Origin: Podarcis filfolensis
Taxonomy: Eukaryota
Assembly: GCA_964270895.1 (NCBI GenBank)
Contig: OZ185442.1
Direction: 5' to 3' (one strand)
Length of the DNA stretch: 64,000 nucleotides
Part shown: positions 50,762 to 62,716 of the stretch, in pieces
Layout of the letters: each line of letters starts with the position of its first letter
Position numbering within the stretch: position 1 is the stretch's first letter
Position numbers and translations under genes: made by a program
The notes under the pieces: model-generated
What the model was told of the DNA's origin: nothing
The model's database searches: none
Seen by the model: only the letters and a program-made list of their open reading frames with translations

Positions 50762-50994
50762 TTAGAAGGAGCCAGCCATGTTGTTGTTCCCCTGGTTTTG
50801 TAGAGACACTAGCAGGTCATCAATCTTCTTCATATTCTGATTGGTGGTCATAGCAGAAGACAGCTGGGGGCTTTCAGACATCTGCTGGGATAGTAGAGTT
50901 GTGACTGATGACTGTGCTTCACCCTGTGGCTGGCTTATTGTGATAATCTGATCTGACATGGAAGTGGGTCCAGATGTTAAGAGCTGGCCACAGT
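50762..50994 (-). CDS. NFAT5: NFAT5 last coding exon (exon spans 50754-50994)
   Basis: caacag|(N)CGQLLTSGP...[17 protein letters not shown]; donor CAG|gtgagt 8 nt after the stop. Confidence 0.93.
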
Positions 50995-51851
50995 CTGTTG
51001 AGAAAGACAAGATTCATTCAGAGCACCATGCAAATTTATTGAGCAGTGAAAGGAAGCCTATTGCATTTCACATTGTACTGGCCTCATAAACATCTAGAGT
51101 GTCCCCACAGAGCATTTTCCCCTAAGGCATTTAGAATCAGGGTGCTGGTATCCCAAGAAACCAGTAGAAAGAAGTCAGACACCGACAGATGCACAAAGCA
51201 TCTCATACGAAGTTAACAGGCCCTTTGGCTCATTCTTCTTTGTCTATATATAAAATCTACTGCATAGCTAGAGAGCTCTTCCCCACCATATTATGTGCTG
51301 TGCTATGCTCTGAAAGCATGCAGATAGGTTTACAGCAGCTCTGCCACTGTTACAGAATTTCTACTTCTGGGAAAATGCTATAAAAATGCCACTGAGTGAA
51401 CAAACTGAATTTGGATGCTTTTGTACACATTTATACACTTAGAATGGACTGATAACTGACTTTTATACTGGCTGGGCCTGATGGGGGGAGTTGGAGTCCA
51501 ACTCCATCTGGAGGACCACAAGTTCCCCATCCTTGCTTTAGACTGTAAGCAGTCTATGTCAAAATTGCTGTTAACACTGTAGTGTGTTCCCAGATTATAT
51601 GGGCTTTACAAAGAAAGTCACAATTCAACACAATTTTAGATAGTTTTTCACAGCTACACAGATGTAGCCTCCAACACAAGCTCCACAAAGGGAAGAAAGC
51701 ACTAAAATTTAGCCAATGACAATTCTGGATACTCTGTACTTACTATCTTGGATGCCAAACAGGAATATTCCAGAGGTCTGCCGAGATGAAGCGGAGGAGT
51801 TCTGCAGCTGGTTCATGGAACCACTTCCAGGTGTGTTGTGGAACAAAGCAG

Positions 51852-51895
<44 letters not shown>

Positions 51896-54800
51896 GGGGG
51901 TGAAGAAGCTCCCTGGATGCCAGCCATATTGTTTGGTGAAGAGTAGAGGGGGGGCTGCTGCAACTCTTGCTGGTTCATGCTGTTTTGCAAGGCAGACATG
52001 GAAGTCGATGATATGAAGAGGGTGACAGGTTGCTCCTGAGAACTGGAGGATCCTTGGACTAGCTGGATCTGGGGTGAGTTGTGGAATAAGGCAGGCTGCT
52101 GCTGTGACTCAGCTTGATTAGAGCCTGGGCTCTGGTTCTGAAACTGCATGGGTTGCTGATCCTGATTCATTGGTGCCATGCTGCTTTGTGGGTGGAAGAG
52201 AGACTGGCTTTGTTGTTGTTGTTGTTGTTGCTGTTGTTGTTGCTGCTGATGCTCCTGGCTGGCCATTGGGTTAGGGTTTGGGTTGTACATCATGTTCTGC
52301 TTCTGGGATGTCATAGGACCCATGGAATTCTGATTGCTGAACCTCAAATTCTGCTGCTGCTGCTGCTCTTGGGAGGGTGTGCTGTTCTGAAGAGCCACCA
52401 TAGAATGCTGTGGTTGGAACATGGCTCCTTGCTGGTTTTGGGGCACCTGTGATTGGAACATGCTCTGCTGCTGTTGCTGGGACTGCTCTTGGGCAAGCAT
52501 AGGGCTCTGGAGGTGTGAGAGCTGAGCCTGCTGCTGCTGGAATGTCGACTGCTGCTCAGCATTGGCAGATGTCTGCAGTGGAGAAATGGAATTCTGTGTG
52601 GCAAAGAAGGGCATCTGTTCCTCCTGTGCAACTGAGCTCTGGGGAAGGAATAGGTTGCTTGCCTGCTGGTCCTGAACCACACCCATGGGACTTTGGGAGT
52701 GGAACATTGGAGGCTGCAGCTGCTCTGAGGAAGAGGCAGAGCTCTGGCTGTGGAAGAGAGCACTTTGGGTCTCCTGCGAGATGTTCTGAGCATCCCCAAT
52801 AGGGCTCTGTGAGTGAAAAAGCTGAGCCTGTGAATGGGAAGCCTGCTGCAAGAAGCTTCCAGACTGGAGAGACATCAACTCCCCACTCTGCTGAAAGAGG
52901 CTCCCGGTTTGCTGCTGTTGCTGCTGTGTTCCATTGTCCTGAACGGCCATCATGCTTTCTGAGGAGGAGAAGAGGCTGACCTGCGCCTGGTTCTCCCCGC
53001 TGTGCTGCATTTGAACCATAGCTTGAAATACATTGTTCTGCATCTGTTTGGTCTGACCTGGAGCTTCTTCACCTTCGGCAGAGCCAGAAGATTGAAACAT
53101 GGAAGGGCCGTTGGCAGGCACCACCTGCTGCTGCTGTTGCTGCTGCTGCGATGGAGTACCAGCTTCATTACCAGAAACACTGGTGGGTGAGAATAGCTCA
53201 CACTGCATCTGTATGTCTTCATTTGTTGTCAGTGCACCCATCAGGTGAGAAGTTTGTTGGTACACTGGGGACTGCTGGATGTTTCTATTTCCCGAAGAGG
53301 AGGTTGAGAACATGTCAGACTGCATCTGACTTGCTGCCTGGCAGAGGCCTTGCTGAATCTCAATCACCATAGCTGCAGAAGTCTCCATTGCTTGCTGCTG
53401 CTGCTGCTGCTGCTGCTGCTGGCTGGACAAAGAACTTTCAGGTTGTGGATGGACATTCTCACTTCTCCCAGAGAGAAGGTCCTCAGCCCTTGAATGGACA
53501 GTGTCAGAGGCAGAAAACATCCCTTGGCTGACTCCATTTTGGATCTGGCTAACCTGCTGAAAAATCTCTACATTGATTTGCTCTTGAACATCCTCATTGT
53601 CAGACCCAGAGAACAAGACAGAGGACAGCTGCTGCTGGGCTTCCAGGACCTGCTGGACCAAATCTACACTTCCATGGTTGCTGCTGGCAGTGCTAGACTG
53701 AAAGTTCCCTGCTTGCAGTTGTTGAATTGTGTTCTGCAGCTGACTCACACTGCTGGCCGATGAGAAAAGGTTTGACGACATCTGCTGCTGCAACACTTGT
53801 GCCGATTCCTGGAGTGGTGACTGCTGCTGGGACGCCTCTGTCAACTGAGACAAAGTCATGACTGCACTCTCTGGCTGCAACACCTCTCTCGGCTGGGACT
53901 CCCTGGTGGGGAACTGGGATGCCTGCTGCAACAAGGTGTCACTGTTTTGCAGCTGATTGGGACCAGAACCTGCAGGGAAGCTGCCAGGCTGGGCAAGGTC
54001 CTGTGCCTGGAGGGAGGGCATTGCCTCTGGAGTATATACCTTTGGCTGCAGCTGCTGATTTTCACTCTCTGGTGCTAAGTGAGAAGCAGAAGAGGAGAAA
54101 GTGCCATTGCCCAATATACTGGACATGTTGGTTTCCAATGTGGCTTGGGGTGGTCCAACTACACTTGTTGCCTGAGGGGGAAAGCACACAGTAATAAGAG
54201 AGAACAATCATAGGCTTGCATGGTGCCTCAATGAAACAACACTCTGAAAACTGTTTAACATTTAAACCACACCAACTGCAACATTGGATCCCTATCCCAT
54301 TAAGGCATGTTGAATTTTTCAACTTAAAAATTCCAAAAATGAGGGGTGCTAAAAAGTTGTAAAATGACTTGGAAATTCAAAAGATATTTTGATTAAATTA
54401 ATATTATTTAGTTTTACTTGGCAACTAACTACATAAAATATTGACCTTTTGTTTTTGTACAACTTCCAATAATTTTTAGCTTCTTATAAAAAATATGTAA
54501 AAATGTGTGTAAAATTGAATATCATAAAAAATGATTGCCAAGTACTTGCAGTTATATATGACCCCGCATAATGGACAATTAAAAAAGCACAAGCAGCAAG
54601 AATGCGGCTTACTAAATATAAGCAGAGAAGTAAGCAGGATGCTTCAATACCATCAAATGAAATAATTTTTTTGGCTGATAGAAATGAATAATAACCAAGG
54701 TGGAAATGATGGAAGTTATGAACTGGCAATAGAAAAATCAAGTACACCTTCCACTTTGAATAAAAAGACAGAGTACAACATATTAGAAATAAATAATTTT

Positions 54801-57800
54801 GCTATGCAGGGCATTAGATATGCTGTTGACCAGCTCACCACAGCTCACCACAGATTTGTAGTTGATCACAATAAAATCAAGAGAGCCCAAGAAAAAGATA
54901 TCAAATCCCTGAATCAGGAATCTAATTATCTTTGTCAGAAAGGGTGAAATTGACTGGTTCAACATCAAAGTAAAGCACTCAATGGAAGACCCACACCACA
55001 TCTTGTTTCAGCTGCAACAAGTTAGGCTGCAAAAGAAGGCTGTGGTGGATGCTGTTTTACCAACCATTCAGCACTCAGCATGGTATGCATTTAGCAAAAT
55101 GATAATCCAGACACTCTTGGGCTCAGAGAGCAGTGGGAAGAGGAAAGCTCGTGTCTGAAAGATCATTAACTTGAGGGGTAGAGTTGATCTTTTAATAAAA
55201 GTTTTGTCAAATAAAAGTTTTGCAGAACCCCCCCCCCCAATCACCAGCTCTCTATGCCACTACTTACCTTAAAGACTGGAGGAGCCCTTTTTTCAGCTGT
55301 AAGTGCCATGGGAGCAGCCTCTTCACTCTTGATCACACTGTTTGGCCTGAGTGGCGTTATCAAGGCACTGGGAAGAATATTTACCTTGTCCAGGTTACAG
55401 CCACTGGTGTTCACTGCAGCAGAGAACAAACACAGTCTTACTGGTGTCCTGAAGGATAGCCACAGAGGCTGAGAATAAGAGGACTGGTTGCTAGGGCTAC
55501 CCCTCCACTCTCCAGAAATTAGGTTGTGAACAGCAACAAGCATCTGAATACATAGCACTGCCACAGAGAGGGTAATACATCTGGTAAAATAAGTCCCTAT
55601 ATGGCAAAGACTATACTAGTATGCTACAACAAATACAAGGCCATGTGGCAACTCACATTTGACAAAGGGATCTCAAGCCCATTATTCCACAGTAAGTGTG
55701 TTCATCTTTAAGATGCTACAAGATTGTTTTGTGAGTAATTTGATGGAAAGAGTAATCTTGATGCTTTCAGCTCTCCTTACCAAACAGGGATCTAGGAAGT
55801 TGCCTTATACAGAGTGAGACCATTAGTCCATCTACAGTACTTTAGCTTTACTAATGGTTTTCCAGGGTTTCAGACAGTAAACTTTCCAAGCGCTACCTAG
55901 AGGTGACAAGGATTGAAACTGGGACCTTCTGTATACAAATCAGATGGTCTACCACTGAGCGACAGCTCATCTTCTGAAGAGCCATAAAGTTGTTATTACA
56001 GGAAAAATCACCCTGATCTCTGATGTCCATCCATTTGCAAGCCACCAAGTTTCCCCCATTCTGTTCTTTCAAATTGCATCAGCTTTTGCCAGAACACATC
56101 AAATGTTCAACTTCTTGCTTATATTAAGGGTTTTAAGTAAAGGTGAAAGTAGTAAAATAAGGGCATGAAGGAAATAGCAGTAATTTGCAAGTGTCTTTTA
56201 TCAGCTGAAGAATAGTTTTCTATGGAAATAATCCAACAAACAACTTGTACAAGCCTGCAAGTGATGAGCACCAGTTGTTTGAGCCAAATGGCATCAGCAT
56301 TTCACTGTGACTGATGAAGCATATGTAATTAACTGCAAGAATTCCAGGCTGATACAAAGAAAGAAGAAGGGATGAATTGGGATCAAAAACATAATCCTGC
56401 ACACAGAAAAGTGGGTGAAATATTTGACTCAAAGCATAATGAAGAACAAACTGTAAGTACAACACTGCCACATTTATCATCACACACTTCATGTAGGCCA
56501 AGTCACACAATTATACTGGTCAATACATAATTTAGTTCTGGAGAAAGAACGAATATGCCCTACACATACAACAAGCCGAATGGGAAACACCCAAATGCAA
56601 AATTGAAGCCAAGATTGGAGAAGTGTCATAAATTCAATGGTAGCTGCTCTGCATGCAGAAGGTCCCAGGTCTAATCCCCACCATCTCTAGGTAGGACTGG
56701 GAAAGAATCCCGTCTGTGACTCTGAAGAACTGCTGCCAATCAATGTAGAAACTGCTGAGCTAAATCGACAAATAATCAGTGAATGTATGAGAACATCTCC
56801 TGTTCCTAGTGAGTTGGAAACATTCCAGAACAGCTATGCTGAATCTTTTCCAGCTGCAGCCCTGGAAGCCTAACAAACTCATGACCTTACTATTTATGCT
56901 GCTTTGCTTCAAAAACACATGCTCTTGAGCAGCTTCTGAAACTTAATTAGCTTCAGCAAACAATTCACTTAGTAAGAGCACACAAACCAACAGGGCCTGC
57001 CACTATAGTACACACAGAGTAGTAAAGACAACTGCAAAGCAAGTACTATGAATAATTTATTCTCTATTTTTATTTGAGTGGTGAGCTTTGCACTAGCAAT
57101 ACAACTCTTATGTCAACATTTTCATGAAACAGTTTAGCAAGTTATCTGCACTAACTTCATGTTTAGTCAGGACTTTTAACCACTTGTGGAATTAATATGT
57201 ATTAGAAACAGCAACACGAGAGTAATTGCAAGATTAAAGCCCCAGCATATACCACTGTCTCTGCGACCAGGAGTCTTAGGCTGCAATCATATGCACACTT
57301 ACTTAAGAGTAAGCCCCACTGAGCTCAAAGCGATTTACTTCTGAGTTGACATGTAAAGGACTACACTCTTAATTTGTGATCACAATAAAGCTCTTACAAA
57401 AATCTCTCTGAAAGGTCTGCAGAAAATTGGTGTAAGTTAGAACTCAAAGAGATTAATACCACTGCTAAGAATTAGATACCTTTGATAGCATCCTCAAAAG
57501 AGCAAGGCTGGGTTGGACTGGGTATTTCCTGCTTCACGTTCACATTCAGAGTACCAGCTGCAAATGCAAAAGACACTGCTGACTTTCAGAACAGATGTAA
57601 AGCAAAGTGTTCCCCCGTAAGGTGAAAGGTACATTTTAAAAGTTTATCTCTATTTTCATGTGCGCAGTGGTGGGGGAAGACCTTAACTCAGATCTTTGTA
57701 ATACAGTGTAGCCCCAAACTCATCTTCCTCCCATAAACCCTTCAAGCTTCAGAGAGACAGGCTCTCTTCAAAGAATGAGAGCAAGTCCCTGGTGTGCAGC

Positions 57801-60800
57801 TATCAGGTCAAGTAGTGCAAGAGGTGTTGCCCGCCCAACAGTCTTGCTTTCTTCCTCAGTCTCTTCCAAAGATATAACAATTAAATACAAGAAAAATTGT
57901 GCAGAAGTATTTGCCAAGGGCCATCACTACAGCTTCATCATTTTCAACATACATGTATCAGGAGTGTAAGTAAATGGCTGTATGTCATGTGATCTTCCAG
58001 CATTGGTCACCACATAGATCCCCACAGAAACCGGGGAAGTTATTTGCTGGTCGTGATATGGCGGCACCTTCACAATTAGATGATTCTAAATCCAAAAAAA
58101 AGAAGTTTGTTAGAGCAGACACCTTACCAACTTATATCTTCACAGACTAACACTACAAGACCTAATCATATGAAGTAAAGATTGCATTGGAGGTACCAAG
58201 GATCTGCTGGGAAATCTACCCAGCTACAAATTGTAAAGCTGAATCTCTTGAACATACCTATCAGTAGCGAGAGCACACAGGAGAAAAGTCTTTACTCAAC
58301 ATAATCTTCCTATCTCTGCTATTACAATCTTCTTAATTTCAGAAAACCTGCACATAAACAGCAAGTCACTGTTTCCTTGTTTTGCTTTGCTATAGCTTCC
58401 ACTGCTCATCCACCAAAATGCCAGTCAGGGACTTAGGTTGTGCAGTGGCAGCAATGAAATAACTACAGGGAGGTGATTTTGAGGTTCCGCAGCAACTAGT
58501 AGTATTCAGAAGCAGACCAGAGGTAGTATGTAGCCACAAATAACCTTATTCTCCATTAATTTGTCTAGCCTCCTTTTAAAGCTGTCAAAGTTGACAGCCA
58601 TTACCACATATTGTGATATGAAATTCTATAGATAACTTTGCTGGGGATGGGGAGGCAGACATAATACCCAGCAGTTTATCTGCATTATTTGTGACTAAAT
58701 CGAAAATAATTTCCTCAACCAACAAAAACATAGGCTCAATTTATGATCCATGATAACAGCAGGTTATAAAATTACCGTATTTTTCGCCCTATAGGACGCA
58801 CTTTTTCCCCTCCAAAAATGAAGGGGAAATGTGTGTGCGTCCTATGGGGCGAATGCAGGCTTTCACTGAAGCCTGGAGAGCGAGAGGGGTCGGTGCGCAC
58901 CGACCCCTCTCGCTCTCCAGGCTTCGCGCACCTCTCCGCAAGCAGCGGGAGCCCAGTGCTGGGCTCCCGCTGCTTGCGGAGAGTTGCCTGCACGCTGATC
59001 CGCAAGCAGCGGGAGCCCAGTGCTGGGCTCCCGCTGCTTGCGGAGAGTTGCCTGCACGCTGAAGCCTGCGCGCGCTGAGCTCAGCGCATCCAGGCTTCGC
59101 AGACCTCTCTGCAAGCAGCGGGAGCGCTCCCGCTGCTTGCGGAGAGTTGCCTGCACACTGAAGCCTGCGCGCGCTGAGCTCAGCGCGCCCAGGCTTCGCG
59201 GACCTCTCCGCAAGCAGCGGGAGCACTCCCGCTGCTTGCGGAGAGTTGCCTGCACGCTGAAGCCTGCCCACGCTGAGCTCAGCGCGTCCAGGCTTTGCGG
59301 ACCTCTCAGCAAGCAGCGGGAGCCAGCGCTGGGCTCCCACAGCTTGCAGAGAGCTGCCTGTTTGGGGGCTGGGGTCGGGGGAAGCTCGGGCTTCCCCTGC
59401 CCCAGCCCCGCGCCTGGGGGGGGAAAATAATTTTTCCCCTTTATTTCCCCCCCAAAAAACTAGGTGCGCCTTATGGGACGGTGCATCCTATAGGGCGAAA
59501 AATACGGTAAATCATAGCCAGAAATATTGGGAAAACAGAAATATTCTGTTTTTAAGTAGTAAATAGCATATGACATATATGCAAAATAGAAAAGTAATGA
59601 TATCTTTATTTGGGTACTTTATCATCACAGAATCTTATAGAAATAATTAATAGTAACTTGGTCTGTTTGGTCCTGGTAGGAGTTGTAGCCAAACAACATC
59701 TGGGGACCCAAGGTTGAGAAAGGTTGCTCTAGATATTTTTCCACTCTCAACTGTATTTACCCTAGATTCTTAAAAACATAATCACCACCTTGCTGGATCA
59801 GACATTGACCCAACTAGTCCAGCAGCCTGTTCTCACAGTGGCCAATCAGATGCCTCCATGGGAAGCAGGGCATGAGCACAAAAAACATGTTATATGGTTA
59901 CCTATTTTTTTTTTAAAAAAGTTTCAACAATTTTATCTTTGTTTTTAATTAATGATGGTATTATGTATATTTGTTTTTATTGGTTTGTGGATATTAACCA
60001 TGCTTTATATATAATTTTATTTGTATACCACCTGGAAAAAACTTTGATCAAGCAATTTGTAAATTTTCTAACTAAATAAAAGAAACAGTACTTTCACCAA
60101 CCACCTTCTCCAACAACTGGTAGTCAAGAGGCATGCTGCCTCTGATAGTGAAAGAAGTAAACACCCATCATAGGTGGTACCCATTGATAGGCTTATCCTC
60201 CATTAATTCAAGAAATCATCATCACCAAATCATTTTAAATCCATAAAGTAGCATTGTAAAAGGAGAGAAGATATTAAGATTCTAACTTTACGGATTCAAA
60301 ATGTTTTGGTGACAGTAAGATTTCTTGAAGGAAGAGATAATTAATGCATATTTAACCCTAGTGCAACAATGGATTTGGGTTTGGATTCCCATCATTAGAA
60401 GACTAGAAGAGAGTTAACCATTATTTATGGCAGTCCTTATGGTAGCAGCTGCACAAAAGCCAATTTTTTATCATCCTACTTCCAAAATGACGGTCAGCAC
60501 ACCTAGAAGAGGAATGACTGATTGCTGCCTGCACAGGAACCTTTGCTGTTCTGTATCTCACAAGCAGGGCAGAGGCGGGAATTGAAGAAAGAAATTGCCC
60601 TGATAAACAGAACAAGTATAGTGCTCACTCACATAATCTCTATGCTTAAAGGCTGCAATGGCTACCACTATACAAAAGAGGAGAGACTGCTTAGGTTGTG
60701 AAAAAATGTGAAATGTACCACAGTCTTGCAGCTCGGGTTTAAGGAGTAGGGAGTAAGAGAAGAAATGACAACTTTGTGCAAACTATTTGTACACACACAA

Positions 60801-62716
60801 AAAGGTGACCCAGCCAGATACTATTTATGTCAAAATATCTGTCCATGAAGATTGATCCAGTTTGTTGGTCATATGATTGTTTGACAAAAAAAATAAGCCA
60901 CATGAAGGCAGCTTTTGTAGCAAATTTACCTTTTTAAACTTGGGCATAAAGTGCTTGGAACTCGTATTTCAACTTCATATATGCTTTCTAAATCCTCCCT
61001 TCCAAATATATGATAAGAGGAAAAATTCTTTAGCAATTCCTCACGCATAAATGAACAACTGTATCCCAACTATGAACAAGGAAGATTTTATATCTGGATT
61101 TCTGTGCATTTTTAAAAAGCATGTACCTGATGAAACAGCTCCATGTCAATTTCTGCTTCCCCTTTCCAAGAGTTTTCATCTGTTTGAAAGCAAAAGAGAG
61201 TAGAATTACTGCACAAGCTCAGCTAAGTTTATTCATTGTCAGGGAAGCTGGTCACAGGAACCACCTACCTCCTTGGCTACCTGCAGAGGCAGTCGTTAGC
61301 CCAACTCCATCCACAATGGTCTCCCCACCCCTCACCTCCATTCTCAGCCTGAGTATGTATGTATAGTTCTCACCAGACATATTCTCTTGAAAGATCACTT
61401 TTGTTCCCTTCAGAAAGTTCTTGCCAATTAAAAAGACTTCCTCTTCTCCCTTCACAGAACAACTGTGCAGGCTTTTCTTTAGAATCTCTGGTACACCAGC
61501 TGGCTGAGCTACAAATTGAAAAAGAGAAGGGATATTTATTATATACACCCCCACACCTGCAACTTAATGCCAAAATGGGCTTCTAAGTGGTTTAACTGAC
61601 AACATGCAAAAAGTTGGCATCATCTCCCAAGGTCTCAATCTGGAACTGGTCATTTGGCTTGCATGGCATATAGGAAAGCAGAACTTACAGCGATTCTGCT
61701 TGGGTGTAGCAAAGCATGCCCATCCTTTAATTCATCAGAGAAAAGCACAGCACAACTCTCCTAGGAACTGGCACATGACTGTAGTCTACTAGAATATGTT
61801 CATCATAGCATTTCCCCCCTAGGTAACACTGAAGTAAAATACCACTAGTTCTCTCTTTTATAAATGGGCTAGTGCAAGGAGTTTCAAAAATCAACCAACT
61901 GTCATATACAACATCTTAGAGGCCTTTAAAATTTGTCTCACAACAAGGTCCATAACAATTGGCTGGACATGTACATACAGTCTTCAGCAAGTTTCCAAAT
62001 ACAAATAAGCTTTATATCAATATTACACAAAAGTTAGTCATTTTGCCCAGATGCAAAAAGTTGGCATTTTAAACACAACTGTAGTTTTAAGCCTCAAGCC
62101 AGCAACAAATAATTCAAACCACAGAAGCAGGCTATCTCAGGCTAGAAACAGTAATTTTCCTTTGCCAAAGTCCTATGATACATGCCACACTCCTATTCCA
62201 ACTATGTGCACTGCTTGGTGGATTGACGGGGCACACTGTTAATTTGGATGTAGGCCAGATCCCCTACACCCAAGTTTTGGTTAACACTGAAAATAGATCA
62301 ATGAGGGAACCAATTAGATATGCTATAAGCCTACACAGAAAAAGTAATTTCATTAAAGCAGCATGAGGACTCCTAGCAACACAGACACACATGAAAGCTA
62401 AGGTCTAGGCAATTTATTTGGTTTATTTGGGTTGTTCATTCTATTTTGTTATTAAAGCAGAAAATGAAATGCAGGGCAACTGAATTAACAGGAGACCCAA
62501 AGCCCCAGCAAGATGGGACTCAGAGTTTGACTTTACAACTTACTGCACAGAATTGGTGAGGACGGCGTCTGCAGGGTCAGTATGGAACCATCCTTCCGAG
62601 TGATGTTAACACGGAACACTAGCCTGGCCCGAGTGCTTTTTTTCTTGGAGCCAGCGATGCCTATTCGAGCTTCAACATCTGCATTTCTCAGTTTCAGTAT
62701 TCCAACACAGTCCACC
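50762..62716 (-). CDS. NFAT5: NFAT5 (TonEBP), Rel-homology tonicity-responsive transcription factor; 5' part outside the window
   Basis: In-frame exons 62544-62716, 61374-61508, 61127-61179, 57953-58085, 57480-57557, 55268-55413, 51744-54171, 50762-50994. RHD-C/IPT sequence [36 protein letters not shown]...[34 protein letters not shown]; Q-rich TAD; ends GNNNMAGSF*. Confidence 0.97.
51744..54171 (-). CDS. NFAT5: NFAT5 large glutamine-rich exon (2428 bp)
   Basis: Lies within the 832-aa ORF; ctcag|ATSVVGPP...FLFGIQD|gtaagt. Confidence 0.96.
51853..51894 (-). repeat. NFAT5: Pure coding (CAG)14 polyglutamine repeat
   Basis: 14 uninterrupted CTG triplets on the plus strand; protein SPP-Q14-AALF. 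Confidence 0.95.
55268..55413 (-). CDS. NFAT5: NFAT5 exon 12
   Basis: tgcag|(V)[48 protein letters not shown]|gtaagt. Confidence 0.93.
55795..55965 (-). mobile_element. tRNA-derived SINE, near full length
   Basis: Minus strand: gctcagtggtagaccatctg...ggtcccagtttcaatcc...tctgaaaccctgga...gatggactaatggtctcactctgtataaggcaacttcct. Confidence 0.7.
56632..56810 (+). mobile_element. tRNA-derived SINE
   Basis: tcaatggtag...tgcatgcagaaggtcccaggtctaatcccc...ctgctgccaatcaatgtagaaactgctgagcta. Confidence 0.7.
57480..57557 (-). CDS. NFAT5: NFAT5 exon 11
   Basis: ttgcag|(S)[25 protein letters not shown]|gtatct. Confidence 0.92.
57953..58085 (-). CDS. NFAT5: NFAT5 exon 10
   Basis: tttag|[44 protein letters not shown]|gtatgt. 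Confidence 0.95.
58490..58635 (-). mobile_element. CR1 3' fragment
   Basis: cttattctccattaatttgtctagcctccttttaaagctgtcaaagttgacagccattaccaca, antisense to the 38360-38440 sequence. Confidence 0.6.
58775..59507. mobile_element. Non-autonomous Tc1/mariner-superfamily (Tc2/pogo-like) MITE, 733 bp, with an internal palindrome array
   Basis: 27-bp TIRs CCGTATTTTTCGCCCTATAGGACGCAC / GTGCATCCTATAGGGCGAAAAATACGG (26/27 match); TA target-site duplication at 58773-58774 and 59508-59509; no transposase ORF. Confidence 0.9.
58868..59353. repeat. GC/CpG-rich tandem array of alternating palindromes (99-bp period)
   Basis: Hairpin A (ctctccgcaagcagcgggagc...gctcccgctgcttgcggagag) occurs five times; hairpin B (gaagcctg...gcgctgagctcagcgc...caggctt) starts at 59061, 59160 and 59259. 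Confidence 0.92.
59790..59880 (-). mobile_element. CR1-type 3' tail fragment
   Basis: gctggatcagacattgacccaactagtccagcagcctgttctcacagtggccaatcagatgcc. Confidence 0.65.
61127..61179 (-). CDS. NFAT5: NFAT5 exon 9
   Basis: aacag|(D)[17 protein letters not shown]|gtacat. Confidence 0.95.
61374..61508 (-). CDS. NFAT5: NFAT5 exon 8
   Basis: tgtag|(T)[44 protein letters not shown]|gtgaga. Confidence 0.96.
62544..62716 (-). CDS. NFAT5: NFAT5 exon 7 (RHD)
   Basis: gctag|[57 protein letters not shown]|gtaagt. Confidence 0.96.

Noticed and set aside
51716-53372. Antisense and alternate-frame ORFs with poly-Ala, poly-Cys or poly-Leu
   Set aside because: Shadow frames of the NFAT5 CAG/CAA-rich exon.
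58868-59353. CRISPR-like appearance of palindromic repeats
   Set aside because: Eukaryotic intron, the intervening sequences are themselves repeated rather than unique spacers, there are no cas genes, and the array is bounded by transposon TIRs.
58772-59510. Repetitive ORFs (183 aa, 149 aa and others)
   Set aside because: Translations of the palindromic 99-bp array; no transposase motifs.
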